From contig CM119371.1 in assembly GCA_051294905.1 (NCBI GenBank), positions 6,326,001-6,390,000 of the forward strand: a stretch of DNA of 64,000 bases. The letters are read 5' to 3'. The DNA comes from Botryllus schlosseri. Its lineage: Eukaryota. Under the pieces are notes generated by a model. The model saw nothing but the letters and a program-made list of their open reading frames with translations. It was not told the DNA's origin and made no database searches. The translations under genes and the position numbers were made by a program. Positions within the stretch are counted from its first letter, which is position 1. Each line of letters opens with the position of its first letter. Of the stretch, positions 12,108-24,679 are shown in pieces.

Positions 12108-13469
12108 CAGGCCGTGTTATTTTTGGCATATGCCAAAACTGCCAAAAATAACTTATTTTTGGCATTTTTCGATTTTTATTTTTGGCAGTTTTGGCATCGT
12201 CCTCTAAATAGATAGTTTCAGCCTCGAATTAGTCACAAAAACGCTTTATTTGGGCCAGTTTGTCAAAAGACACCCCAAAATTTGCAGCATCCACGTATAA
12301 TCAGTGCCTACAAACAATAAGAAGAAGAAAAAAACCTAACGATTTCATAGGTTAATAATATCAAACGAAACCACAAAATGTACAGTATCCATCGGAATCG
12401 ATGCCAATAAGCAAAAAAAAAAGAAAGAAAATCCTAACAAACACGCTCAACAGCTGATTGTTACAGCTTTTGAATAGACTTAAATCGTTTGCACTGTAAC
12501 AGTGCTTCCAAACTCAGGTCAGCCAAGTTTCTCCTGAATTAATTTCTCGCCCAGCGAATCTGGGAAATATCGGCTTCAACAGTAAATGTTGAGGGAAAGA
12601 ATGTTGCCAGTCATCCACAAAAGGTTTTCAGAGCTTCAAAATCTTTGGAGGGCCGAACCGGCTTCCATGCATCATGAAAATAGATCACTTCGCCAGTGCC
12701 ATCGATCTCATCGCGGAAAGAATTTTCTTCCCGATCCTTTTCCAGGAGTTTCCTGTGTTGTCTCTTAACACATTCTATTTAGTAGCCCGACTATCGTTTC
12801 TCTTTCAGTCTACCGATATATTTTCGGAGGACTTTTGTCACTTCAGGTGGCTTTAATATTACCAACTCGCATGGAAGAGTCCTGGGAAGGTTAGCTATTT
12901 TCAGAACATTGACGCAACAAGACTGTCTGGCAAAACGACACTATGCAGCTCAGAAATAGCCAGACAGTTTGTTGCGTCACAATGTTCAACTCGATCACAA
13001 TGCAAAAATCGTGGTTGATTTTGGGGGTTCCAGTTCCATGAGCAGAATATAATATATATTTTAATAATCAGTACTGCGGTAGCTTCTCATTGATACCCGT
13101 TTTTATCAAATTTAGCGCTCGGCAAGCCGGTCAAAAATGGTCGTAAAATTGCCTTAGAACAAATGGAAAGTATGATATAAACCAAATGCAGTCAACCGTT
13201 CAATCTCGCTGTGCCCACACCATTTAGGACACCATGCTTTCACCCCTAATGGGTGGGCTGAACCCAGATTAAGAAACCTGCCTTTCACAAACGCTCTTCT
13301 CGCTTGTAACGCGGTCCTGTTAACACAACACCATGAACGAAATACACTATTTGGCAGGCCGTGTTATTTTTGGCATATGCCAAAAATTGCTTATTTTTGG
13401 CATTTTCAAATTTTTATTTTTGGCAGTTTTGGCATCTGGCTCCTGAAATGCCAAAAATAACACGGCCTG
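12108..13469. mobile_element. Composite hAT-like element with two left ends and one right end
   Basis: CAGGCCGTGTTATTTTTGGCA at 12108 and 13355; its inverse ends at 13469. Perfect TSD TATATGGG flanks the outer ends. Confidence 0.9.
12461..12892 (-). pseudogene. C-terminal remnant of a hAT-like transposase with in-frame stops
   Basis: Manual translation: NLPRTLPCELVILKP...FHDAWKPVRPSKDFEALKTFCG*LATFFPSTFTVEADISQIRWARN*FRRNLADLSLEALLQCKRF. This has the P-x-T-x-x-V-E-x-x-x-S layout of the hAT dimerisation domain. Confidence 0.65.
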
Positions 13470-15509
13470 TATATGGGTGATAGATATTAGATATGATGAG
13501 TCATATAGTAATTGCGAGCACTGATTGACCGGTTTTACGAATTGGGGATTTGAAACGCCTCGCGTAACAATTTGAAACAAGTACATTTTAATGCGTGATG
13601 TGACAATGGCAACAAAGAAGGTTTGACCTAAACTACGGAAAGAGTGATTTCTTGTCACTTTAATTACTACTCCTACTTCGCCACATTGCCTTTATTCTGA
13701 ATCCGACTACGCATGCGAGGTACGTACATGCAGCGTGATCGTGGCATATTAATGTACACTCGTACAGGCTTCAAAGTCAACGAATTTCCTGTTTAGTTGA
13801 TACAGCCTATGGTTTTAGTCCGCTCATCAACATTCAAAAAACAGGTTTAATGTTATGAATTCCAAGCAACCTTTTGCGGGCCGCACTTTGCCCAGGTCTG
13901 CTCTAGGGTGTACGAAACACCCGGTTGAAGAGCCCTGCTATATACTAAGATGAGTCTAACTATAGTACTGAGTACTGACTGACTACTTCCCATAATGCTC
14001 ACGCACCAATATATGTGTTAATGTCACCTCACAAGCTGAGCTAATAATGCCAACACTGAAAAATATGCACTTTGAACATGAACAGAACATGCAATATCTA
14101 TGCACGATACAGAGCTAACTGACTTTAGACAATACAAATGAATACAAAATGTTACTTGACCGAGAACAATTGCAGAGTTAAATCATTTCAATGCTGTCGA
14201 AAACTCGGATTTTCTGAACGAGTTTAGAAATACAAGACAATTATAACTACTCGCTTTTTAAAATGCGCAACTAGAACTAGAACAACTGAAAAGGACAGTA
14301 TTTAGCTTGAGCGTAACTAACAAGATCGGTAGCTTGCACAAGCCTGCTCGCTGTCTTCTGGCTTGCCTGGAATGGAAACACAATCTTAGGTCGTGACGAA
14401 CTCAACAAATTAGCAATCAGTGTATGGCAAGAATCGTTATACAATACAATACAATACATTGGGTTATGATTTTCATGTAGATGTCAAAGACGAGGTTCTG
14501 AAATCATGACAGCTTGAATCGTACAAGGCATCATTATCCCAATGCATAATATACCAACCAAATACTAAACTATCTCGACGAGGCTGACTAGCACTGACCG
14601 ACAATTTCCCAAAATAACGTGTGCTACTGTTATTACTGCAAGCGCGCTTTTGTATCGCTTTCGGAAGTGCCACATATCGATTTTACAATCCAAGACAGGC
14701 TACAGACACACCTCCATCACACCCATTGACTGCGTAAACCAGCGCCGAGATTGAATGAACACGGGCAGGAGTCGGCGAGACGGCGACATGATTTTTCATG
14801 GCGCGCCAACTGATTTGATACACACGACGTCCTATTTTGACCACATTTGTTGCATATCAATATCAGTTTATGAATCATTTTCATTATTACAAAACACCGC
14901 AATCAAAAGATTTGATACGCGATTTCTAATTTGTAATCATCTGTTTCGTAAACTTGTTAATGCGCAATGTGCATACTGCATAGTTTAATTCGTAATGAGC
15001 ATGGCGCAATGTGCATGACACAGTGTTTAATTCGATTATTCGATTCGTTTCAACGGGAAAATATTATATTCCGATAAACTTGATCAACACCGGATGGACT
15101 GGTAACGAGTTCACCAATATCGAACGTCAAACCATTGGCCATTTGGTACAAATCGAACTTCTTTTGATCACGTCGTTATATCCGCCCATATTGCTCTTAC
15201 TACAGTTACAGTTGAATAATAATCGCACATTTAAAGATTGAATTGAGCTGTATGGCTGTTAACGAGTACAGTGCCAGTGCTAAAACGCCGCATCAGAATT
15301 TTAATGCCGTGCACGGCAATGGCACGGAGTATAGTGCGTTCTTGTGCAACTATGATGTTATCGACAATTGACAAGTACACGTTATGTCGTCACAAGCCGG
15401 CACGGCGGCACCTTTGTCTTTGTTGCTGCATTCGATGTAACTGACGGCTGACAGACTCTAGATTACTATAGATAACTAAACTACGGGTAAATTAGTAATC
15501 TATATAGAC

Positions 15510-15952
15510 CAGAGGTGGCCAACCTTTTCGGCTGAAGGGCCACATGAAATTGACGAACGAGAGCGCGGTCCACTAGCCGAGCCAGGTGCGTCGAATTTTC
15601 AAAGGTAATATTAATATTACTTGGGTATATTGCGGGTCGACTGTATACCGCCCGCTGGGCTCAGTTTGCAAGGACAGGACTATTCGGCATCTATGGACAT
15701 ATCGATATCGAAAATTTCCGCTAACATACGACAATCATTTTGTGCCTACATTTCATCGTCGACGAGTTTTCTGCAAGCGCAAACGCGAATATGCTTTCTC
15801 TTTTGGTTGGCCTTGCAAGTTCACAATCTGAGCAATTCAATTTCGATAATATAACAGAATTTCGATAATATAATGGGAAATTAGCTCGCGGGCTACTCAA
15901 AACCTTCTCGCTGGCCACATATGGCCTGCAGGCCGCGGGTTGCCCACCCCTG
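15510..15952. mobile_element. hAT (Charlie-like) MITE
   Basis: CAGAGGTGGCCAACC / GGTTGCCCACCCCTG with perfect TSD ATATAGAC. Confidence 0.9.
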
Positions 15953-15979
15953 ATATAGACAGACACATTCAATAGTTTT

Positions 15980-16118
15980 CAGAGCCGGAGCCGGAGCTGG
16001 AGCCGGAGCAGTGGTAATAATGCGGCTCCGGAGCTGGAGCCGGAGCTAATGTATGAGAGATGAAAGCTCCGAAGCCGGAGCTGGAGCAATGCAAATTTAC
16101 AGCTGCTCCAAAGCCCTG
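15980..16118. repeat. (GGAGCC/GGAGCT)n subterminal repeats of a truncated hAT-type MITE end
   Basis: Clusters of GGAGCC hexamers terminating in ...CTCCAAAGCCCTG. Confidence 0.55.
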
Positions 16119-16695
16119 CTCACAAGGTAATATTTAGGTATTTAGTTGTCACAGAATCCGCTTTCACTGGAAGAATAATAGTATAATAAGTAACAAATAC
16201 CAGAACCGCCACCGGTGGGGACTTGAATACCAACAAATTGTCACTTATTTCTGTTCTAACCCTAATCCTTCGTGAGGTTACCGCATACTCAAATATGTGT
16301 GAAATAATAGTAGTAAGGATTGAATCGTTTGGCGCCCCGCCCCTCAGGCTATTTAGAATGTAAACACTCTCATAATATAATTAACGTCGGACTATGGCCG
16401 GTCCATGCTTCCGAGAAATAAATAACATTCATTATACGTTAGATTATACTTTCCTTAGATATTCTATTATGTGCATTTAGGACTAATATTCTAATATGTG
16501 TATTTAGGACTAATGCGACTACTTCGAAAACGCGTACTGCGCTGTTTTTGGGAATATGAATTGTCGCTTATTCTTATGTGAATTTAGAACTTTGTATTTT
16601 CGCAGATCAATAATTAAATAATGTTCATTAATTTCGAAAAAAGAGCATAATATATCAGTAATAGCGTTAACGTCACAATCAGATCATACTCATCA

Positions 16696-18027
16696 TAACC
16701 ACAGAATCTTAAGATACAAGCTAGAACACTATGGAATCCGGGGTATTGCAGCAACTCTACTTGAAAGCTACCTGGCAAACCGCAAACAATTTGTTAAACT
16801 GGGGTCATTAAGAACGACTACCAGAGATATAACTTGTGGAGTGCCACAAAGGTTAGTCCTTGGACCGACTTTTTTGCTCATTTATATTAACGACATTGTT
16901 AATGCATCTTTATTCCGCACAACGCTATTTGCTGATGATACTCACCTCTTCATAACCTCCAACACTGTCGATGGTTTGCATGCATCTGTGAATATGGAAC
17001 TCCCAAAAGTGTCGAGATGGCTCCAAGCATACAAACTAAGTTTGAATGCAGATAAGACCGAGATGCTCGTTTTAAATAATGCCAGTCATAATTTCACTGT
17101 GAACATCAATCATAAACAAATCTCAATATGTGACTCAGCAAAATATCTCGGCGTCACCATTGCTTCCAAATTGTCTTGGAAGCAGCATATTGAATGCACA
17201 ATATCAAAACTAGCTCGGTGTGTGGGAATAATGACCCGTCTCCAATCTCTGGTTTCCAGATCAGTGCTACGAACCATCTACTTCTCTCTTTTCCACTCTC
17301 ATCTGCAATATGGAATCGTAGGATGGGGAAATGCATGCACAACATTTTTGTGCAGAATTGGAACCCTGCAAAACCGTGCGATACGGCTGATCTCATTTGT
17401 ACCTTTACGTACCAATTTATCGCCTTACTACCGTAAGCATCGAATTTTGCGAGTTGATGAACTATATCGCTTCGAAGTATCAAAAGTTGTTCACAAATAT
17501 TTTTCCAATAGTCTGCCTCCTGTGTTTGATGACTTTTTCATACCTGCTAAACATGTCCATTCCCATTACACGAGATCCTCGTCTAAAGGAAACATCTACT
17601 TACCCCCACCCAATATCAACCTAACTAAGAGATCTATCGACTACTCGGGACCTATCATCTGTAATGCATTACCACCACATATCCGTGAATTGCCTTATAA
17701 TAGATTCAAAAAAGCCCTATAGTTGATCACCTCTTGTCGTTACACTAACACTGTTGCCCTACCTCGCCCAGACATTGCTTCATTGATCATTTGCCACCAT
17801 TGTTTAATTTTTTTCTGTTTTCCTTTAACTAAACATTTCTTCACAGCCAGACTGTTCAGAGTCAAGTGTACCTGTTTGATGCTGGTGTGATCAGACTAGA
17901 TGACCTTCACGGTCTTATCGATCATTCCTATCTAATACCGAATACTGTGCACGCATATTTTCTGTACCACCATCACTGCCGTTTGTTATGTATTTTGGTT
18001 CGATGAAAATAAAGACTCCCCCCCTCC
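16696..18027 (+). mobile_element. 5'-truncated CR1/L2-group LINE (RT C-terminal half plus 3' UTR)
   Basis: Frame is open from 16697: NHRILRYKLEHYGIRG...GVPQRLVLGP...IYIND...LFADDT...KYLGV, stop at 17722. 3' hairpin GACC-TTCAC-GGTC, AATAAA at 18008, candidate TSD CTCATCA (16689-16695 / 18028-18034). Confidence 0.9.
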
Positions 18028-19901
18028 CTCATCAACGTTGAACTATTGCCGCGGTTTTATGATGATTACGTTAGATGATTAAATATATATAAATAACATT
18101 CACATTACACATAAATTTCGAAAACTATGATGTGAATAGAATACTATATTTGCCAGATATTCACAGATACCACTCATCAACGTTGAACTAGGCTCGGGGT
18201 TTTATGATGATATATCAAAATTATACACATCATCACTAATTAATTAATTATTTAATATAAAATGCGATTTTGAGTGCAGACAGATCGCGGTTTCGATTGC
18301 CGAGGTCTCCGCATTTCATGACCTAATATGAACGCACACTACAACTGAATTCATTCGAATACCTGCAAATTTACTTTGCACGTCGAGTATGAGGATAATT
18401 TAATCAGCACTAAAACGCCAGCGGACTAGCCGCAGGCGCACAATTCTCGGCGTTACAATTAATCAAACTATTCGCTGCAGGTACGCGATTTCTAACTCAA
18501 TAAATAACATTCATTATTAGGGATTCGAACTAACTTCACCAATATTTTAAATTTTTTCTAAATTACTAATCCACATGAGTCGAGATGTCGTTTTTCGATA
18601 TTGCCTTGTGATGATTTTGCTGTTGTTCCATGCCGATTGGGAAGATAGCACACCTGATTTCGTAACTAACTACATCATCCTTAGTAACGTAGTAAGACGC
18701 ATAACGGAATTTACGCAAAATCGGAATTGCTCTGCGATAATTTTGATCACTATGTTTTGATAATGTACTTGAATTGGAGCAGAATTGTGACCGATGCATT
18801 AATGACTTTAATACTCTGTATTTTAAATTACCCACACCTATGAGACGAAATGTTCTTAAGTAACTCATGTTTTCAATATCACCTAAACGCAAAGTTCCAA
18901 AATTTCCATGTTGATCAAATACCACAAACTTTGCTTGCTTTCAAAGTTAGTAACAAAGCGCATAACAGAATTCACCGAAAAAAGTCGTACTCCGAAAATT
19001 TTGTAAAATAGAGCTTTTTGGTGATGGACTTAAGTTACAATGAACAAGTGTTCACGTAGATTCGAATCCCACACCCAGTGCGTTTTACGAGAATTAACAG
19101 TTCTAGATTCAAATATAGCGTATTGAGTACTTTTTCAGCGCATTAGAGACGTTTACACTATGGGGTTCGTAAGCTTTACTTGAGTTTTTTAAATTAAGGT
19201 AGAAGCAGCCATTTCCGAGTAAGTAAAACGTTAGTATTTTAGGTCCATTTCTGCTTAATACGATAATTATCATAGTGTTGAAGCAGTCCAATATCATAAA
19301 CACTTGACAGAATTTGTTGCATGCACCTAAAAACCTAATTGAGTACTCTGAAGAAGTACAAGTAGCACAGTTTATGGTGTTTGCGCTTACCTTATGTTAA
19401 TAGTTTTCCTCGTCTATCTACTTTACAAGATTGAGTTTAGAAATTCAGCTTAAATGTAAACACGCTTGAATATGACTAAAACTCACATAAACATTACACT
19501 ATGATTGATTATTTCAATTAGCAAGCATAACAGATGATCACCTAATGAGTGAAAGCGCGAGTTCGCAAGTGGAAAATAAGTCAGATCGCTCGAAATATAA
19601 TAGTCTAGAGTTGCGTAAAGCTAATGTTCTCCCCGTAGCTGATACCAAGGTTTGCAATTTCGCCTATGGGAATGAGGTATTAGAAAATACCAATTCGAGA
19701 GGTTCTCTACTAGATAGTGCCTAGCTTTCTCCATCGCCAATACCTGATGCTGTCGGATAAGTTTATGAAACTGACACCTCTCATCTAGAGCAATGAAAAA
19801 AGTACATTCCAACATTTTATTATCACTAAATTTCTACTAAAGTACAGGAAGTGCAGATCTCGAACAAGTGAGAAAGTACGTATTAAAGGTATAGTTTGCC
19901 A

Positions 19902-20133
19902 GATAACTGAAAATAATAAATAAAATTAAAAAATTAAAAAGCGCGAAATATTACATTTTATCCCGGAACGCAACAAGAAAAATCGTATGAGTTTTGTAAA
20001 GTAGATAGAAAACTATGCCTGATAACTGAAAATAATAAAAAATAAAATTAAAAAATTAAAAAGCGCGAAAATTACATTTTATCCCGGAACGCAACACGAA
20101 AAATCGTATGACTTTTGTAAAGTAGAAAGAAAA
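19902..20133. repeat. Tandem duplication, ~119-bp unit x2
   Basis: GATAACTGAAAATAATAAA...TTTTGTAAAGTAGA starts at 19902 and again at 20021. Confidence 0.85.
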
Positions 20134-20719
20134 CGACACTATTCCGATGCACTAAAGACTTTTACACTCCGGATTTTGTATAGTATATAATAATTTTACA
20201 TTGCGGGGTATTCAGTAAACTTTAATCCAGTGATCCTCCGTCTATTTTCAATCACGCTCCTCTTATTAGCCTAGGCTTCGAACCCCACATCCAGTACGTT
20301 TTATGGGGATTAATATTTTTAGACTCAAATACTTTTCCAATGTACTAAAGGGTGCGTTCATACATGAATTCTGATAATATTCCGAGAAATGTTCTCAGAA
20401 CTTACTCCGTTCATATCAGGACAAAAATCCTCAGAATTTTCCCAGAAATGTGAGCGTTCAAACCAGTCCGCAATTTCCGCGATTGTGCGTTCACACCAGT
20501 CGGTTTTTCTCGGGATCATCGTGAAGTCTGAACGACGTTCCTCGTAAGGTAGCGCTGTTATGAGATCACCTCGCCGAGGTGTTCCCATCGTTGATAACAG
20601 ACTGCGTTGTGTTACGGCTGAGCGTTACAATGGCCAATAAAGGGGCACCATAGGCCTGGTGCAGTATAAGGATTGCGATGAGTGATGCAGTGAATTAACA
20701 ACAATTGTTTTCAACTCAG

Positions 20720-22533
20720 ATGGATGGTAGCTTGATAAGTGTTGCTCTATATAAATTGCTGTTGCGTAATAAACGGCAACGTAGAAGGGCCATGAAAACT
20801 CGACAACTTCATCTTGTTTCTGTGTTGGCCGATGAACCTGAGTTTCTTGACTTGATTTGTACTTGGTGGCTGTGGAATCATACTCCAACTCCGCGACGAG
20901 TGTATAGCGTTTTGAAGGCCAACGAAAACTATTGGGAGAGGGTCTTGCAATGTTGGACGTCGCTTGACTATACAAGAGGCATCTTCGTCTAAATAGGTAA
21001 GTGAGCCAGAAGCTATTGTGGTCAGAAAGTTCTTTAAACGTGTTGGAGTACTATTGTTATTATAGTTTAGTCGTACATACATTCAAGACCCAGTCATTCT
21101 CTGTTCTATAATAGTGAGCCAGTCGCGTTTCTTGCATAAAATGTAACGGTAGCGTAACTATACATTCTACTTACATTCTATAGCGTAACTGTCGCCGAAA
21201 CAACTTTTTGTATGATGCATTAATGGGGGTTTTGTAGTCGAAATCACAGTTTCTGTCGTTATCGTAATGCACTAGCTGCTGTACCGACTAACGGCGGCCC
21301 TGAATTATCTTGCTATTGCTAGTCCTGATTCTGTATGCAGATCCAAGTGCTCAGTTTCACAGGGCAGCTAATTGGTAGTAGGCCTAGATAAGAAACTTTC
21401 CAGGCTCAAAAAGCATCACAGTGCCTCACTGATGAATAGAAATATTGCAGTGAAAATTAACAAATGACTGCTCTCCTAGTAATAGTAGTACCACCACCTA
21501 CAACTAACAATCATATTGATCATTCCTGAAAAAGTTGGCATACCTCTTATAAATTCATCTATTATATTTTGTGTGAAGAATGAATTGTGATGTTACATAT
21601 TTCCTTCTCCAGGTCCACCTTTGATATCTTGTGCGATGATTTGCGACAGGATGTTATCAAACAAACTACACGATACAAAGAGCCAATATCACCGGACTGC
21701 AGAATTGCTATCGCATTATGGAGAATTGCTGGTGGTAGTTGCTACCGCCACATTGGAGAGACCTTTGGATTGGGGAAATCTACCGTCTTCATGGTCACTA
21801 TGGAAGTGTGCTCAGTCTTGTCACACCGTATTTCCAGGCACGTAAAAATACCCGAGAACATACATCTTGCCGCTCACAATTTCAGTGTCAAAAATGGCTT
21901 GCCAAATTGTATTGGAGCAATTGACGGATGTCACATCCCGATTCCAAAGCCTGTTGAAGACGGTGAAGATTACTGGAATCGGAAAGGTCAATATTCGATA
22001 AACATACAAGCAGTGGTCGACTACAAGGGGAGGTTTATCGATGTTGTTATTGGCTGGCCTGGCAAAGTGCATGACGCAAGGGTACTGAGAAGATCTGAAC
22101 TATTCTCAAAAGCTCAGAGTGGGGCTCTCTTTCCCCATAGTGAACTTTCAATTGGTGGGCAAACATACCGTTTTACATCATTGGTGATGCTGCATATCCT
22201 CTACTACCGTGATGGCTAATGAAGCCCTATGCTCAAAATGATAGGGACAGCAGTCATTTTAATCATATACTCAGCAAATCCAGGATGGTGGTGGAGAGAG
22301 CATTTGGTAAACTGAAGATGCGATGGCGATGCCTATTCAAATCCTGTGACGCCTGCCCAATGAACGCTAGAATGATGATTTCGTCTTGCATCATACTTCA
22401 CAATTTCTGCGACGCCCTAGGGGACGACATGGACGATGTCATACTTGATGAGCCAGTGCCGACATACGAGGACGATGAAGTATCAGGAGCGAATGTGCGA
22501 GACGCTCTGAGAGATTTCTTAACTCTACCATAG
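20720..22533 (+). pseudogene. Harbinger (HARBI1-like DDE) transposase pseudogene, 2 exons, intron 20997-21612
   Basis: Motifs GAIDGCHIP, YWNRKG, WPGKVHDARV, GDAAYP, VVERAFGKLKMRW and CIILHNFC. AG|GTAAGT donor and TTCTCCAG acceptor join to HLRLNR-STFDILC. Lesions: extra TA at ~20969, frameshift at ~22160, TGA at 22210. Confidence 0.9.
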
Positions 22534-23034
22534 TTCTGAGTTCATTAGTGGTAGTTATATCAAACTGGACTGCTACATGAATTGCCGCAGAATAATTAAA
22601 AAACATTTATTATTGGTTAATTGTGCATGGCACTATTTTAATGAAACATCAACAAGAAAAGTTTTGGAGGAAAGAGCCTTCACTTCTTCTCACTCGATCA
22701 GTTATCCTGCAACTCTCCTGGGTTTTCCAGGTTTTGTTCCTCGGGCCTAAAAATCATTCGTATTGTATTAAGACAGCTGACAGCAAGCTTGAGTCTCGTA
22801 CCGCAGTATCATCCCAGCAAACACTCGATGTCCAGTTGACTTCCGGTGGAATTGCCGGCAGGACGTCCGGTAACTTACGGCCGTCACCTCCCTGGAGTGG
22901 GTTTGTCGACAACTAGAGACGTCCTGTCTGCCCCCTGAGTACGTCCGCAATGACGTGTTGTGGACATGAAACGACTCCTCATGGACGCGGCTGACCTAGC
23001 CTGGACGTCACGTGGTTCCCTATGGACGCGCCTG

Positions 23035-23176
23035 ACGTACTGTGGACGTGACGCCACTCCCTATTGACGCCAGTCCACGTACTGTGGACGTGACGCCACT
23101 CCCTATGGACGCCAGTCCACGTACTGTGGACTTGACGCCACTCCCTATGGACGCCAGTCCACGTACTGTGGACGTG
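23035..23176. repeat. 42-bp minisatellite, ~3.4 copies
   Basis: Unit ACGTACTGTGGACGTGACGCCACTCCCTATGGACGCCAGTCC. Confidence 0.9.
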
Positions 23177-23952
23177 TTATTCGCCCCTGTTCAAGTCCTC
23201 AGGATTACCATCTCAGGACTCCCTGTGAAATACTTCATGATCTCCATGTTTACCTCCTCCACTTCGATACCTGCTCCAACTACATGGAATCCAACATCAT
23301 ATAAGCTCACAAACTGTTTATATTGGGTTACTGGAAAACGACAATTGCAAATTACAAGTAAAACAATAATTAAGGAACTCTTATTATTTAACAAAGTTGA
23401 GGATTAAGTGAAAATTCGATCACAAAATTACAAATATATGAAATAAATGTGTCATATGAATTTTGGAAATATCAGCTAGTTCTAACCAACTAACATGACA
23501 AACATTCCAATTGAGGTGCATACGAGAAATAAGACAATTAAAAACAGACATAAGCAATCATAAGTAGAAACTACCATTGCAAGACGTAAAACGATGCATC
23601 GGCTGCACCGCATCATGTTAAGAGCGCGAGCGCGTATTCGTCTTTGGCAATAAACTTTGGTTGCAACAACAGGTTTCTTCTCAGTCCTTGTTTTGTCTGA
23701 AGCACAGAAAACAATGTCAGCAAATCGTATGTAGATCCACTCTTCATAGCACATGAAATATGTATCAGAACTTCATTATATATTTCCACTTGCATTAATT
23801 GTAATATGTCTTGTAAATCGCTACTTCTATCTGTACTTGAGTGAAAATTTATGACGATACTATGACTACTGCGTCTACTTGAGTGTGGAGAGCTTCTGAA
23901 CTAGCGATACGAAGTATGCAACCAGCCAATCAAATCAACTTGTGGAAACACC

Positions 23953-24462
23953 CAGGGCTGTAATTGTAATGAGTCGGGTTACGATTTTCTGATGACTCAG
24001 TCATTTTCTCAAAATTTGGAAATGACTCGACTCGAGTCAATCTATGTAATGACTCGGACCAAGTCATATGAATCGAGACTCAGACGGCCAAGACCGATAT
24101 TACCTTGTAATTTCGAAAAATAGTAAAGTAACCACACTATTGGTATTTCGTCTAATGGTAGCGGTACTTGAAAATGCGACCAGAAACCGTTAAAGGTGAG
24201 AAAAATCAGTAGCCTATCTATATTATAAATTTGAACCGTTGATATCACCGAACAGAGTTATAAAACGTGGATTAAACGAGAATTCAACAGGAAACTGAGC
24301 AGTCAACGCAATGGCCTGAACTTGAGTCATAACACCATGACTCGGACTCGGCCCTATACTCGTTGACTTGGACTTGACTCGGTGGTGGATTGAAAATGAC
24401 TCGACTTGACTCGAGTCAAAACTATATAAGTGAGATTGACTTGTGACTTGGTTACAACCCTG
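23953..24462 (+). mobile_element. hAT-type MITE, GACTC/GAGTC-rich family, copy 1
   Basis: CAGGGCTGTAA / TTACAACCCTG; TSD GAAACACC / GAAACATC. Confidence 0.85.
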
Positions 24463-24679
24463 GAAACATCTAAAGTACATACTTAAGTACTTTTCAGAAA
24501 TTATACTTTCACATCAATTAGTTTGGACAAGACTTGTAAATCACTGCTTGTACCAGAGTGGAAATACATGGCGTTATTACTACTTCTACTCCATTGGTGA
24601 CACAACAAATACTTCTACTTGAGTGCTGAAAACAATCACGTTTTTGACCATCTCTGTTCAGAAGCATGCACCTACGACT

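Larger units (their letters stand above)
20349..23330 (+). mobile_element. PIF/Harbinger DNA transposon; right end not found
   Basis: TAA followed by AGGGTGCGTTCA (Harbinger-type terminus) with GCGTTCA subterminal repeats, a transposase pseudogene, and a GC-richer convergent segment after 22600. The right boundary is approximate. Confidence 0.7.

Noticed and set aside
9141..13937. A single 4.8-kb outer hAT element enclosing both composite elements
   Set aside because: End-like motifs exist at 9141 and 13937, but TIR pairing is poor and the 8-bp flanks (GTCTATAT / CTATATAC) do not match in register.
18030..20340. Helitron-like region with recurring AATAACATTCATT motifs
   Set aside because: Short repeats are present, but there are no convincing Helitron termini or Rep/helicase remnants.
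23042..23407. 121-aa plus-strand ORF with DVTPLPMDASPRTV repeats
   Set aside because: Kept open by the 42-bp minisatellite; no domain recognised.
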